Source: an uncultured Pseudomonadota bacterium | GTDB taxonomy: Bacteria > Pseudomonadota > Alphaproteobacteria > JACZXZ01 | Assembly: GCA_963749075.1 (NCBI GenBank) | Contig: CAVVLJ010000016.1 | Location: 1,184,001-1,248,000, forward strand | Length of the DNA stretch: 64,000 nt | Reading direction: 5' to 3' | Shown: positions 28,345-39,574 of the stretch, in pieces | How the letters are laid out: each line of letters begins with the position of its first letter | Numbering within the stretch: the first letter of the stretch is position 1 | Notes under the pieces: model-generated | Told to the model about the DNA's origin: nothing | The model's input: only the letters and a program-made list of their open reading frames with translations | Database searches by the model: none | Program-made: the position numbers and the translations under genes

Positions 28345-29619
28345 TCACCCGCGCGCAAGGCTCGCTGCGAGCGGCGGCCCGCCCGGGCGCATGGCGCGCC
28401 TGAGCGGCTTGACGGCGAGGAGTGCTAAGAGGCCCGTCGCCACGTCCATGGCGATGACCAGGCCGAAGACCGGGACCCAGCTCCCGGTCGCGTCGTGCAG
28501 AAGTGCCGCCACGGGCCCGCCGAGCACCGAGCCCACGCCCTGCGCCATATAGAGAAAGCCGTAGTTCGTAGTGGCGTGCGCGGTGCCGAAGCAGTCGGTC
28601 AGGGTCGAGGGGAAGAGCGAGAAAATCTCGCCCCAGGCGAAGAACACCAGGCCCGAGAGCACGACCATGGCGAGCGGGCTGGTGCGGAAGCTGAGCATGA
28701 GGAGGATCGCCGCACCCTCGAGGATGAAGGCGATGCCCATGGTGTTCTCGCGCCCGATGCGGTCCGAGACCCAGCCGAAGAAGGGGCGCGTCAGCCCGTT
28801 GGTGATGCGGTCGACCGTGAGGGCCAGCGGCAGCGCCGCGAAGCCGAGCACGGTCATGTCGGCGACGCCGAAGTCGTGCGCGAAGGCGGCGAACTGCGAG
28901 ATGACCATGAGCCCGCCCGTCGACATCATCGTCATCATGGCGAAGAGGAGCCAGAAGAGCGGCGTGCGCAGCATCTCTGCGGGTGCCGTGCCGCTCTGCG
29001 GTGCCGGCGCGGCGGCGGCAGGTCGTGTCTTGCCGCCGGGCGACTTCATGCCGAGCGCCGCCAGCACGCCCACGGCGCCGAGCACGATGCCGAAGACGAC
29101 GAGCGTGTGGCGGTAGCCCGCCGTTTTCAGCATGTCGGCGATGGGAAAGGTGGTGAGGATGGCGCCGAAGCCGTAGCCCGCCGCAACCATGCCGGTGGCG
29201 AAGCCGCGGCGGTCGGGGAACCACTTCACCATGAGCCCGATGATGCCGACGTAGACGATGCCGGTGCCGATGCCGCAGAGGCCGCCATAGGCGAGATAGA
29301 GCCCGACGATGCCGTCGATCTGGGCGGAGAGCACCCAGCCCGCACCGCTCATGGCGCAGCCGATGGCGATGAGCAGGCGCGGCCCGAAGCGCTCGATCAG
29401 CCAGCCCTGCAGCGGCGAGAGCCAGGTCTGCAGCACGATGAGGATCGAGAAGGTGACCTGGATGGCGGCGAGCCCGGCGCCGAGCGAGGTCTGGAACGGC
29501 TTGACGAAGAGCGTCCAGACATACTGCGGGCTCGAGATCGCCATCATGGCGATGAGCCCCAGCACGAGCTGGAGCCAGCGTCCCTTGGCAGCGGCGGCGA
29601 CGCCCGTGGCTGACGACAT
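28345..29619 (-). CDS. oxlT: Oxalate/formate antiporter family MFS transporter
   Basis: QYVWTLF, KWFPDRRG, NGLTRPFFGWVSDRIGRE, WGEIFSLFP, NYGFLYMA; GGAGG RBS. Confidence 0.85.
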   Translation of the reverse strand: MSSATGVAAAAKGRWLQLVLGLIAMMAISSPQYVWTLFVKPFQTSLGAGLAAIQVTFSILIVLQTWLSPLQGWLIERFGPRLLIAIGCAMSGAGWVLSAQIDGIVGLYLAYGGLCGIGTGIVYVGIIGLMVKWFPDRRGFATGMVAAGYGFGAILTTFPIADMLKTAGYRHTLVVFGIVLGAVGVLAALGMKSPGGKTRPAAAAPAPQSGTAPAEMLRTPLFWLLFAMMTMMSTGGLMVISQFAAFAHDFGVADMTVLGFAALPLALTVDRITNGLTRPFFGWVSDRIGRENTMGIAFILEGAAILLMLSFRTSPLAMVVLSGLVFFAWGEIFSLFPSTLTDCFGTAHATTNYGFLYMAQGVGSVLGGPVAALLHDATGSWVPVFGLVIAMDVATGLLALLAVKPLRRAMRPGGPPLAASLARG

Positions 29620-29668
29620 GGCCTCCTCCTTCCGCAAGGGACCGTCCGCGTCCCGAGCGGGTTACGAC

Positions 29669-29683
29669 GCAAAGCCGATGCCA
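29669..29683 (-). promoter_or_regulatory. Sigma54 (-24/-12) promoter for the antiporter
   Basis: Minus strand TGGCATCGGCTTTGC, GG-N10-GC spacing, ~50 bp upstream of the ATG. Confidence 0.6.
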
Positions 29684-29868
29684 ATCCACCAAAGGCCGCG
29701 GTCCGGAAGTCAAGGCGCGGAAATCACGGCGATTTTGGGATCGCGCTGCTGGTGCTGCGACGGCCGTCGCAGCCGCTTGCCTAGAAAATGACCGTCACTT
29801 GACGCAATGGCAGCCGTAGAAAGGGCAGAGCCAAGCGCGCCGGGAGACGGCTCGCCAAGTGCCGCCGG

Positions 29869-32800
29869 TCAATGGGCCACCGGCTTGGGCAGCGCCCGCA
29901 GGTCGAAGAAGTCGTTGCCGGCGAAGTAATAGGCGGGCTCCTGCACGTCGCGCCGCTCCGCCGCCTCGCGCGGCACCGTATCCTTCACATAGAGTGCCAG
30001 GTCGGTCACCCTCACCTTGCCGCGCTTCTGATAGTCGGCGGCACCGTCGAGCCCTTTCAGCACCACGTAGGTGAAGAGGCCGTGGCGCTGGTCAGCCGCC
30101 ACGGCGGCATCGGCGCTGTCGAGCGCCTCGCCGTTGGCCCCGGCCAGCACGATGCGCCCGGCCGAGTGCCCGAGGGTGTTGGTGAAGGTGTCGTTGCGCG
30201 CGGCGCGCTCGGTGGCATCGTTGACCGCGAGACCGCCGGCATAGCAGGTATCCAGCATGACGACCACGCGCGCCGCCGCGATGCCGCGGATCCACTCGAC
30301 CAGGCGGTCCTGGCCGACGCCCTCGTCGCGGAAGATGTCGCCGACCAGCTTGTTCCATTCGACGGCACTCAGCAGCCGGGTCAGGCGCTCGCGGTGCTGG
30401 ATGCCGAGCTCATAGGGGGCGAAATAGTAGCGGCCGTCGAGCGCCTCGCCGTGCCCGGCAAGGAAGATCAGCACCATGTCCTGCGGACGCGCCTTGGCGG
30501 CGATGGCGTGGAAGGCTTGCTCGATCCCGGCGGTGGTCGCCTGGCTGTCCACGAGCACGGTCGCCTCGGCCTTCTGGTAGATTTGCCCGGCGCTCTCCTT
30601 CATGGTCTCGGCGATGGCGCGCGCGTCGTTCGCCGCGGCCTCGAGCCTGAAGTCGGGAATCTCGTATTTGCTCACGCCGACGGCGAGAACGTAAAGCACG
30701 ATGTCGGAGGCGGCGGGCTGGACTGCCCCGCTGCCCGCAGCGGCGGTCGCCGCGGCGGCGGGAGATGCGGCAGCCGGCGGCGTGTAGCGGACGGTGACGG
30801 CTGGCCGTTCGCCGGCGCCCGTCTCCACCTCGCCGCTCGCGCTGAGCGCCGAGAGCTCGATGCGATTGGCCCCCGGCGCCACCGGCAGGCGGCGCTCCTC
30901 GAGCGCGCTGGCGCCGGCGACGGTGCGCTTCTTCTCGCCCTCGATCACGGCGCCGTCCCGCCGCATGAGCACGTCGCCGATGCCGCCCCCGCGGTCATCG
31001 AGGCGGAGCTTGAGGAGCACCTCCGGCGTGGCGACCGCGATGGTCGCGTCGCCGGGCTCGTGGCAGGGCCCGTCGGGCGCCTCGCACACCTCGTTGAGCA
31101 CGAGGCGCGGCGGCAGCCCTTGGCCGAGCGCCTTCTCGGCCGGCGCCTCGCCGGCAGTCGCCGGCGGCCCTGCCGCTGCGGCGAAGCGCGACAGCACCAG
31201 ATCGCGGCGATAGAAGCGGTCGTACATCTGGTCGACGGTGACGAAATCGGCCAGCCGCTCCTTGCCGTGGTCGATATGGTAGCCGATCAGGCTCTCGCCG
31301 CCGGGACCGTCGTCATCGGCCGGGCTGTGATCGAAATAGCCGTCGGGCGTCCAGGCGATCCAGCGCCGCCCGTCGGCGTGGACGAAGACCGCCATCACCT
31401 CGCCGCCGCCGTCCGCGGCGTACCAGCGCAGGGTGCCGTCGCCGAGCGCTGCGACGACATAGCGGCCGTCGCCGGAGAGCCCGACCGTCCAGGCCGGCGC
31501 CGGCAGGACTTGGCGCCAGTCCTGGCGGCCGCCGCGGTAGAAGCGCAGGTAGAAGTCGGTGCCGAGCGCCACCGCGCTGCCGTCGCGGGCAACCGCGACG
31601 CTGCGCGCGATCTCGTTGGGCTCGAGCACGAGCGGCTGGCCGTTGGCGCTGGGATTCGTGCCGTTCCGCCAGCCGCTCACCGACATGTCCGCGGCCTCGG
31701 CACGGGGCGCCGTCAGGCCGTCGGCGCCGGCTGCAAGGGGAGCAAGCTTGCGGGCGCGCAGATCGAAGACCAGCGCCTTGCCGCCCCGCGGGCCGAGCGC
31801 GAAGGCCACCCGGTTGCCGTCGGCGGAGACCGCGAAGCCGTGCTCGTAGCCGTCGCGGAAATCGCCTTGCTGGCGCCCGCGGGAGAAGAGCGCCCTGCCG
31901 CCCGCGTCGAGGCGGCCGAAGCTCGGTCCCGCCGTGGCCCAGAGGAGGCCGCCGTCGGGCAGGGCGGCAAGGTCGCTCACCGTGTCGCTGCCGGCGAGCG
32001 CAATGTCGCGGGCGCGCCTGGGCGCATCGAGCGGCCAGGCGCGCAGGAGCGGCCGGCCCTCGCCGTCGGCATAGGCGCCGCCGGCATAGAGCGTGCGCCC
32101 ATCGGCGGACCACGCCACCGCCGCGAGGCTGCCGCCGCGGCCGGGCGGCGGGGAGAGCGACGTGCGAAGCGCCAGGCTCGCCCCGTCGAGCAGCCATACC
32201 GCGGGCCGTGCCACGCTGCCGACCGCGAGCCACCGGCCGTTGGGCGAGAAGGCAATGCCCCAGGGCTCGGCCAACCCGGGCAGCGTCGTGCGGCGCGCCA
32301 GATAAAGGCCGGGCGGCTTGGGGCTTGCCCCGGGGTTCCGCGTCTCGAGGCCGCTCGTATAGAGCCGCACGCCGTCGCTGGCGCTCACCGCGAGGTGGCC
32401 GTGGCCGTCGGCGGCGATGGCGCTAATTTCGCCCGCGTAGTCCCGGTCCTCCCCGGCAAGCTTGGAGGCCGCGAGATCGAGAAGGCGCAAGCCCCCGCGC
32501 TCGAAGCCGACCGCGAGAAAGGTGCCGTCCGCGAGGAATGCCGCCGCGGTCGCCGGCCCCAGCTCCGACGGCAGGTTGATGGTGCCGATCTGGCGGCGCT
32601 TGGCGGCATCGACGAGGGTGATCGTGGCGCCGCCCGGCACCGGCTCTCCCGCGACTGCAAGGCGCTGCCCCGCGATGGCGAGCGCATAAAGGGCGCCGCC
32701 GTCGCCCGCGGAGATCGCCGGCCGCAGCACCGCGCGGGGCGTGCCGTCGCCGTTCCACAGCCGGATCGTCTTGTCGTTCGAGATGGTGACGAGCCCGCCG

Positions 32801-32971
32801 TCCGCCATGGGTGCTATGCGATTGATCATCGCCGAGTGCATGCCTGAACTCGATGCGCAGGAAAAGCGGCGCGGGCGCCTGCGAGGGTGCGGCGGTCACG
32901 AGCAGGCCGAAGAGGGCTGGCCAAGCGGGCAGGCCGCGCGGCACGAGAGCCCTCTTGTAGTGCACCTTCAT
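29869..32971 (-). CDS. Exported WD40-repeat protein with C-terminal caspase (C14) domain (frameshift at ~32848)
   Basis: Signal-like N-terminus from ATG 32971; WD40 repeats; WTPDGYF; caspase dyad AGHG and DTC; HGLFT. Confidence 0.87.
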
Positions 32972-32976
32972 CGCGC

Positions 32977-34073
32977 TCAGTTCAGGTTGAAAGCGACTTG
33001 GACGTCCTGATGCGCCGTCTGGACCTCGGTGCCGAAGCTATCGCGGCGCTTCAGGTTGGAGTGGGTCGCCTCGACGGTCTCGACGGTGGCCTTGCTGAGA
33101 GGCGGCGCCGCCGCAAGCTCGGCGCTCGGATCCTCCCGTTTCGCCACATGAACCGTGGCCGCGCCCGGCTTGAACGCCTGGCTCGCGATAAAGCCCGCGC
33201 GCCCGTCGGCGAGGCGCACCGGCGTCCAGGCACCCTGCGCCGGACCGGTCACCACGACCTCTTCGCCGCGCTTGAGCCCCGCCAGGCGCTTCGCCGAGGC
33301 GGCCGGGCCGTCGCGCACGATGCCGGCGCGGGCAAGCGCCACGGTCTTTTCCACGTTCGGCGGCGGCTCCTCGATCTTGGCGACCAGGCCGCGCGACTGG
33401 GGATCGGCAACGAGCAGCTGCTCGGCAGCGGCGTCCAGCTCCTCTTGCCGTTGGTTCATGTGCGCACCCACATGGTCGGCGGTCGCCAACTCGTCGGTGA
33501 AGCGCGCATGCACCTGATCGAGCTGCTGCTGCGCCAGCTCGCGGGTGAGCCGGCCGGCGGCGAAGTCGGCCTTGATTGCCGCGGCCTGCGCCATGCGGCA
33601 TTGCTTGAGCGCGAGGAAGGCGGCGGTCGCCTTGTCCATCGCCGCGCCGTAGGCCTGGGCATCGCCGCCGATCGATTGCGCGAGAGCCTGCTGATTGCCG
33701 GCTGCCTGCTGCTGCCTGGCGTTGTAATAAGCCATCACGCCGCTGGCCATCGCGCCTGCGGCGCCGGCGATCAGCGCAGTCTTCCAGTTGCCGGTCAATA
33801 CGCCAAGCAGAACGCCTGGAGGGAGATCTGGCGATCGAAGAAATCGTCGCTCTCCCTGAGTGCCGCGTGCTGGACGCCGCACGGGTCATTCGGGTCGACG
33901 GCGGGTACGGACGGGCCCGAGCTATCGGGGCGATCGCCGCTCTCGGCAAAGGCGGCGAGCGGAACGGACGCCGAGAGCAATGCGCCGAGGGCGAGCCCGA
34001 CCGCGAGCGAGGCGGCCCGACAGACCGTGCGCGGAAAACGGGGTGTGGTGCATGATCTCGGGCCGTGGGGCAT
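32977..34073 (-). CDS. Exported protein with glycine-zipper-like segment, coiled coil and bacterial SH3 domain (frameshift at ~33818)
   Basis: Signal peptide in the 33795-34154 frame; GVLLGVLTG...GAAGA, then VRDGP...GAWTPVRLADGRAGFI in the 32977 frame. Confidence 0.7.
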
Positions 34074-34393
34074 AGCCGACACTCCGTGAGCCGCAGGTGC
34101 CCCATGCGCAATGCCCGATCGGCCGCCGGCACGGACGCTACCGGCCGGTCGCAAGATCGTGGCAGCTGAAGCCAGGACGGACGCGCGATGGCGGCAACCG
34201 CCGTCGCGGAATCCGCCCCCTCCCTGTTCTCACTTCAAGCCGTTATTGCAAAACTGGGCTGCCTTTCCCGCTCGTATCTTTATCGAGAATCGGGAGAAAT
34301 TCAACTCGAAATTACCCGCCGGCCAGGCCGCGCCCGACACCCCGCTGGCGCGCTCCCATGTCCTTCCCGGTCCCGGCTTTCGGGGAAATACCT

Positions 34394-34918
34394 ATGGCAG
34401 ATTGTAGCCTGGCCGGATACGATCAACTCAAAGTGGAGCACTCATGCAAGGAGGAAGACAAGCGCCAGCTTTCACGATGGCGGCTACCGCTGCGTTTCGC
34501 CGTCGTCATGGCTGCGTCAATGGCATCGTTCGCCGCGGGCGCCCAGAACGCCTCCGGACCGTCACCGATCGCGGCGGTCGAGGTGTTCCTGATCCGCCAG
34601 GATTTTTCCGATTGCACCAACGCCAACGTCAACGCCAACAATCCGTCGAGCATCGGCGGCACCGCCTGGATGGTTCGCCAATCCGACGGCAATACTAGCG
34701 TGAAAGTTGCGATAACAGCCTCGCCGAACACCGTTTACCGCCTCTATCTCAAGTGCGTGCGGCAAATCGGCGACATCACGACCCAGGACGAGGGAGAAGG
34801 CAACGGCGTATTCGAGTTTCCGACAAACTTGACCGGATCGGTCTACGCCTTCGACATGTATCCGGACGGCGCGCCGTCGGGAAACAAATTCCAGAGCGTG
34901 CAGGTCAAATTTCCGTAG
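34394..34918 (+). CDS. Secreted beta-rich hypothetical protein
   Basis: Hydrophobic signal ending AGA, Asn/Ser/Thr-rich mature part with two Cys; start uncertain. Confidence 0.65.
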   Translation: MADCSLAGYDQLKVEHSCKEEDKRQLSRWRLPLRFAVVMAASMASFAAGAQNASGPSPIAAVEVFLIRQDFSDCTNANVNANNPSSIGGTAWMVRQSDGNTSVKVAITASPNTVYRLYLKCVRQIGDITTQDEGEGNGVFEFPTNLTGSVYAFDMYPDGAPSGNKFQSVQVKFP

Positions 34919-35001
34919 TCGATCGCGCGGCGGCCCCTCTATCCTCTCCTTGTGCCGGACCGTTCGCCCGGCTGTAGGGACGCGCCACTGGAGGGGATCG
35001 C

Positions 35002-36276
35002 ATGACCGCGCCGGAGCGCATCGCGCACTGGCTGGAGCTGCCTTGGCTCAACCGCGGCCGCCTCGTCTTCTATTCGGCGGCGATCTGCCTTCTCTTTCTC
35101 GCCTTCACGGCGCTGTGGACGGCGCTGGCGCTCGCGCACGGGCTGGTCGATCCCGTGGGCATTCCGTTCGGCCACGTCTTCATCGAGTTCTGGGCCGCCG
35201 GCAAGGCGGCACTCGGCCGCGATCCCGCGGCGGTCTACGACTTCCCGGCGTTCCTCGCCCTGCAGAGGACGGCGGTCGGCGGCGTGCGCGCGCTCTACCC
35301 CTGGCACTACCCCCCTCTCCTGCTGCTCTTCCTGCCGCCCTTTGCGCTGCTGCCCTACCTCGCGGCCGTGCCGCTGTGGTACGGCTGCAATCTCGCCGCC
35401 TATCTGGCGCTCGCCCGGCGCTTAGCACCCGCGCCGCAGCTGCTGTGGACAGCGCTCGCCTTTCCCGGCGCCCTCATCGCGTTCCATGTCGGCCAGTTCG
35501 GCTTCGCCCTGGTTGCGGCATTCGGCTGGGCTCTCCTGCTGCTCGACGAGGTCCCGCTCCTCGCCGGGCTCCTCATCGCGCTGCTCGCGGTCAAGCCCCA
35601 CCTCTTCCTCCTCGTGCCGCTCGCCCTCCTTGCGGCGCGGCGCTGGACCGCCTTCGCGGCGGCAGCACTCGGCGTCCTGGCGCTCTCTCTCGCGAGCTGG
35701 CTGATTTTCGGCAGCGAGGTATGGCTGGCGTTCCTCGCCGACATCCGATTGTTCGAGAAGTCGCACGTCCTGCTCTCGGGCGCGCATGCGCCGCCTGCCG
35801 AGGGCGAGAATTTCCTCCTGTGGAACTGGCAGCCTTCGGTCTTCGTCATGGCCGAGACGCTCGGCCTCCCGCAGGCACTCGCGGCAGCCCTGCAGGCCGC
35901 CACGGCCATTGCTGCCGCGGCCGCGGTGATCTGGGCCTGGCGCGGTCACGCCCCGCGGACGCTGCGCTCGGCAGCACTCGTCGCCGCGGGCCTGCTCGTG
36001 CCGCCCTATCTCTACAACTACGACCTCGTGCTCCTCATTCTCCCGATCGCCTGGCTGGGATGGCACGGGGCGAGGCATGGCTGGCTGCCGGGCGAGAAGC
36101 TCGCCCTGCTCGTCGCTTGGCTCTCGCCCGGCCTCGTGACGCCGCTTGCCGGGCTCTTGGGCGTGCAGCTCGGGCCGCTTCTCCTGGCCGGCGTCCTCTG
36201 GGCCATCTGCCGGCGCATCGCCTATGAGCGGCGCGTCGCAAGCCCGCTCCTCATAGCCGGCTGGCAATGGCGATGA
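35002..36276 (+). CDS. Glycosyltransferase family 87 (DUF2029) membrane protein
   Basis: FWAAG, WHYPP, GQ, AVKPHL, PYLYNYD motifs; many TM helices. Confidence 0.88.
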   Translation: MTAPERIAHWLELPWLNRGRLVFYSAAICLLFLAFTALWTALALAHGLVDPVGIPFGHVFIEFWAAGKAALGRDPAAVYDFPAFLALQRTAVGGVRALYPWHYPPLLLLFLPPFALLPYLAAVPLWYGCNLAAYLALARRLAPAPQLLWTALAFPGALIAFHVGQFGFALVAAFGWALLLLDEVPLLAGLLIALLAVKPHLFLLVPLALLAARRWTAFAAAALGVLALSLASWLIFGSEVWLAFLADIRLFEKSHVLLSGAHAPPAEGENFLLWNWQPSVFVMAETLGLPQALAAALQAATAIAAAAAVIWAWRGHAPRTLRSAALVAAGLLVPPYLYNYDLVLLILPIAWLGWHGARHGWLPGEKLALLVAWLSPGLVTPLAGLLGVQLGPLLLAGVLWAICRRIAYERRVASPLLIAGWQWR

Positions 36277-36947
36277 GCCGGCTCGGGGCGCGCATCACCG
36301 TCGCGATGATCGCCATGAACGAGGCCGAGGCCGTCGCCAAGGTGATAGGCGACATCGCGCGCACCGTGCCCGAGGCCGAAATCCTCATCGTCGACAGCAG
36401 CAGCGACCGCACGCCGGAGATCGCGCGCGCCCTGGGTGCGACCGTCATCCGGCAGTTCCCGCCGGCGGGCTACGGGCCGGCCATGGACCTGGCGCTGCGC
36501 TCGGGCAGCCGCGAGGCGGTGGTGACGCTCGACTGCGACGACACCTACCCCGTCGAGCTCATCGAGACCTTCGCCGCGGGCATCCTCGAGGAGGGCTATG
36601 ACCTGGTCGACGGCTGCCGTCTTGCGCAGAAGCCCGAAGCTATGCCGTGGCTCAATTTTCTTGCCAATTGGGGCTTCGCGCTCATCGCCTCCGCCCTCTT
36701 CCTCCGCCGCATCAAGGACCTGCACAGCGGCATGCGCGCCTATCGAAGGACGCTCATCGAGGGCTTGCGCTATGATATGAAGGGTGCCGCACTGCCGGTC
36801 GAGCTTCTGTTGAGGCCGCTCAGGGAGGGCCGCAGGATCAAGGTTCTCGATATCCCCTACCGGCCGCGCATCGGCGAGAGCACCATGCGGCCGCTCGAGA
36901 GCGCCTGGTGGACGCTTAAGCGCATCTGGCGCAGCCGGTTCGCCTGA
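36267..36947 (+). CDS. GT2 glycosyltransferase (polyprenyl-phosphate sugar synthase-like)
   Basis: AMNEA, VDSSSDRT, GYG, DCDDTY, DLHSGMRAY, YRPRIGES. Confidence 0.9.
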   Translation: MAMSRLGARITVAMIAMNEAEAVAKVIGDIARTVPEAEILIVDSSSDRTPEIARALGATVIRQFPPAGYGPAMDLALRSGSREAVVTLDCDDTYPVELIETFAAGILEEGYDLVDGCRLAQKPEAMPWLNFLANWGFALIASALFLRRIKDLHSGMRAYRRTLIEGLRYDMKGAALPVELLLRPLREGRRIKVLDIPYRPRIGESTMRPLESAWWTLKRIWRSRFA

Positions 36948-36948
36948 A

Positions 36949-37980
36949 GTGCCCGGTCACGAGGAAGAGAGCGAGCGCCGCGCCATGCCTCTGCCGCCCC
37001 CGCGCAAGGACGCCGGCAGCCGATACGCCATCGTCGGCGGCGCCGGCTTCATCGGCAGCCACTTCACCGATCATCTGCTCGGCGATGCCGCGACCGCGGC
37101 CGTGACGCTGTACGACAACTTCTCCTCGGGCCGGGAATGGCACTATCAGCGCCACCTGGGCGATGCGCGCTTCCGCGTGGTACGGGGCGATGCCGGGGAT
37201 CTGCCGAGCCTTGCCGCGGCACTCGCCGGGCACGACACCGTCATCCATCTCGCCTCCAACCCCGACATCGCGCGCGCGGCAAGCGAGCCGGAGATCGACT
37301 TCCGCGAGGGCACCGAGCTCACCAACAACGTGGTCGAGGCCATGCGGCGAAGCGGCGTGCACCGCATCCTCTACGCCTCCGGCAGCGGCGTCTATGGCGA
37401 GCTCGGCGAGACGGAGGCGAAGGAGGATTACGGCCCGCTCGTGCCGATCTCCACCTACGGTGCCAGCAAGCTCGCGGGCGAGGTGCTGATCGCGGCCTAT
37501 TGCTTCATGTTCGGCCTGACTGCTTGCGTCTTCCGTTTCGGCAACGTGGTCGGGCCGCGGCAGACGCACGGCGTGGGCCTCGATTTCGCGCGCCGCCTCC
37601 TCGCCGACCCGAGCCGCCTCGCCATCCTCGGCGACGGCACGCAGAGCAAGTCCTACATCCACGTCTCCGACGTGGTGGCCGCGGTGCTGCACGCCAATTG
37701 CTACTGCCCCAAGCCTTTCGAGGTGTACAACGTGGCGACGGGAGACTATATCACCGTGCGCGAGATCGCCGAGCTCGCGGTCGAGTGCTTGGGCCTCTCC
37801 CCGCACCCGCGCTTCGAGTACACGGGAGGCGACCGCGGCTGGAAGGGCGACGTGCCGGTCGTGCGCCTCAATACCGAGCGCATCAAGGCGCTCGGCTGGC
37901 GCTGCCGCCGCGGCTCCGCCGCCGCTTTGCGCGAATTGCTTGACGCGCTCATCGCCGACTTGCGCGCCGGCCGGCTCTGA
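36949..37980 (+). CDS. NAD-dependent epimerase/dehydratase
   Basis: GGAGFIGSH, YGASK, RFGNVVGP, LGDGTQSKSYIHV, RGWKGDV. Confidence 0.93.
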   Translation: MPGHEEESERRAMPLPPPRKDAGSRYAIVGGAGFIGSHFTDHLLGDAATAAVTLYDNFSSGREWHYQRHLGDARFRVVRGDAGDLPSLAAALAGHDTVIHLASNPDIARAASEPEIDFREGTELTNNVVEAMRRSGVHRILYASGSGVYGELGETEAKEDYGPLVPISTYGASKLAGEVLIAAYCFMFGLTACVFRFGNVVGPRQTHGVGLDFARRLLADPSRLAILGDGTQSKSYIHVSDVVAAVLHANCYCPKPFEVYNVATGDYITVREIAELAVECLGLSPHPRFEYTGGDRGWKGDVPVVRLNTERIKALGWRCRRGSAAALRELLDALIADLRAGRL

Positions 37981-38069
37981 GGATCGGGGGCGCGCGAGGG
38001 CCGCTGCACAAATATTGCTCACGCAGTTGTGAGACGAGCGGATCGCCGACGGGAGGTATCCTCAGCCTC

Positions 38070-38867
38070 ATGATGAAGATCACGCGCCGCTCCTTTGGAC
38101 TTCTTGCAACCTCCTCCGTCGTAGGGGTCTTCGGCGGCGCTGCCGCGGCGCGCGCCGACGACGTAGCGGCGCTCGACGTCGTCGTCAGCTCGGAGCCCGC
38201 GCTGCAACCGATGATGGAGGACCTCGGTCGTCTCTGGCGCAGCCAGGGCGGCGCCCGGGTGCACGTCTTCGCGGCGCGGAGCGATCTTCTTCTCGAGGAG
38301 ATCTGGCGGGGTGCGCGCTCAGATCTCGTCGTCATCGAAGGCCGCAGCCTGGCCGACGCCGCGGTTGGCCGCGCGCTCATCAAGCCCGAGACGCGCCGCG
38401 ACGCCTGGCGCAACCGCCTCGTGATCGCGGCCTACGACAATGCCCAGCTAACGATCCGCCTAGCACCCGAGAGCGATCTTGTGCGCCTCCTCGGTGCGGG
38501 GCGGCTTGCGCTCGCCGACGCGGCGCTGTCGCCTGCCGGCACGGCGACGCGCGCGGCGCTCGAGACGCTCGGTCTGTGGCGGGCGCTGGACGGCCGCACC
38601 ATCGGCGTCGAGAGCACGGAGACGGTGGCATTGCTGCTCACGACCGGCAAGGCCGCCCTCGGCGCCCTCCATGCCAGCGACGTGGCGGCCACGCCCAGCC
38701 TGAGCACGGCGGCTACCTTTCCCGACGACACCTATCCGGAGATCGTCTATTCGCTCGCCATAACGCAAAGCACGCCAAGCGACGCCGCGCAGCGCTTTCT
38801 CGAATTTCTCCGCGGCCGCGACGCCCAAACGCGGGTCAAGGCGGGAGGGCTGGAGCTCTTGGCATGA
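38070..38867 (+). CDS. ModA-like periplasmic anion-binding protein (divergent)
   Basis: Tat-like TRRSF signal; NRLVI, RLALAD..SPAG, HASD, PEIVYSLA and FLEFL match the ModA pattern. Confidence 0.75.
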   Translation: MMKITRRSFGLLATSSVVGVFGGAAAARADDVAALDVVVSSEPALQPMMEDLGRLWRSQGGARVHVFAARSDLLLEEIWRGARSDLVVIEGRSLADAAVGRALIKPETRRDAWRNRLVIAAYDNAQLTIRLAPESDLVRLLGAGRLALADAALSPAGTATRAALETLGLWRALDGRTIGVESTETVALLLTTGKAALGALHASDVAATPSLSTAATFPDDTYPEIVYSLAITQSTPSDAAQRFLEFLRGRDAQTRVKAGGLELLA

Positions 38868-39574
38868 CGATGCAAACGATCGCCGGCGCGCCGCCGCGGG
38901 ACAGGCAGACCCATTCAGCCCTGGTGCGCCTCACCCATTGGCTCAACGCGGTCGCCATCCTGATCATGATCGGCAGCGGCTGGCGCATCTACAATTGGCA
39001 GCCCATCCTGCCGTTCCATTTCCCGGTCGCCTTCACCCTCGGCGGCGAGGAGGCCATCTCCGAGGCCGTGCACAACGAGGACGGACTGGCGGGCGCCTTG
39101 CAGTGGCATTTCGCCGGCATGTGGCTTCTCGTCCTCAACTTCATCGTCTACCTCGTCTACGGCTTTGCCACCGGCCATTTCCGCCGCGATTTCCTGCCGC
39201 TCGGGCCGCGCGCCGTCCTCGGCGACTTTTGGGCCGCGCTGCGCTTCAGCCTCGAGCACCGGCTCGGGCGCTACAACGCGGTGCAGAAGGCGGCCTATGT
39301 GGGCGTGCTCGCGGCCGTGCTCCTCACCATCCTCTCCGGCCTCTCGATCTGGAAGCCGACCCAGCTCAAGGCGCTGACCTGGCTCTTCGGCGGCTTCGAC
39401 AATGCGCGCATCGTGCATTTTGCCGGCATGTCGGCGATCGTGCTCTTCATCCTCGTGCATGTGGCGCTGGTGATCCTGGTGCCGAAGACGCTGGTCGCCA
39501 TGGTCACAGGCGAGGCCTCGAGCCCCGCGCCGGCGCCTGCCCCGCAGCCGCGCGGCCGAGGAGGACAGCGATGA
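38864..39574 (+). CDS. Cytochrome b (Ni/Fe-hydrogenase b-type family)
   Basis: RLTHWLNA, QWHF, YNAVQK, RIVHF and LVHV heme-ligand histidines. Confidence 0.9.
   Translation: MTMQTIAGAPPRDRQTHSALVRLTHWLNAVAILIMIGSGWRIYNWQPILPFHFPVAFTLGGEEAISEAVHNEDGLAGALQWHFAGMWLLVLNFIVYLVYGFATGHFRRDFLPLGPRAVLGDFWAALRFSLEHRLGRYNAVQKAAYVGVLAAVLLTILSGLSIWKPTQLKALTWLFGGFDNARIVHFAGMSAIVLFILVHVALVILVPKTLVAMVTGEASSPAPAPAPQPRGRGGQR

Noticed and set aside
29872-32847. Very long antisense ORFs (also 7860-9794, 43395-45824, 59222-61462)
   Set aside because: Shadow ORFs expected opposite real genes at high GC; no recognisable motifs.
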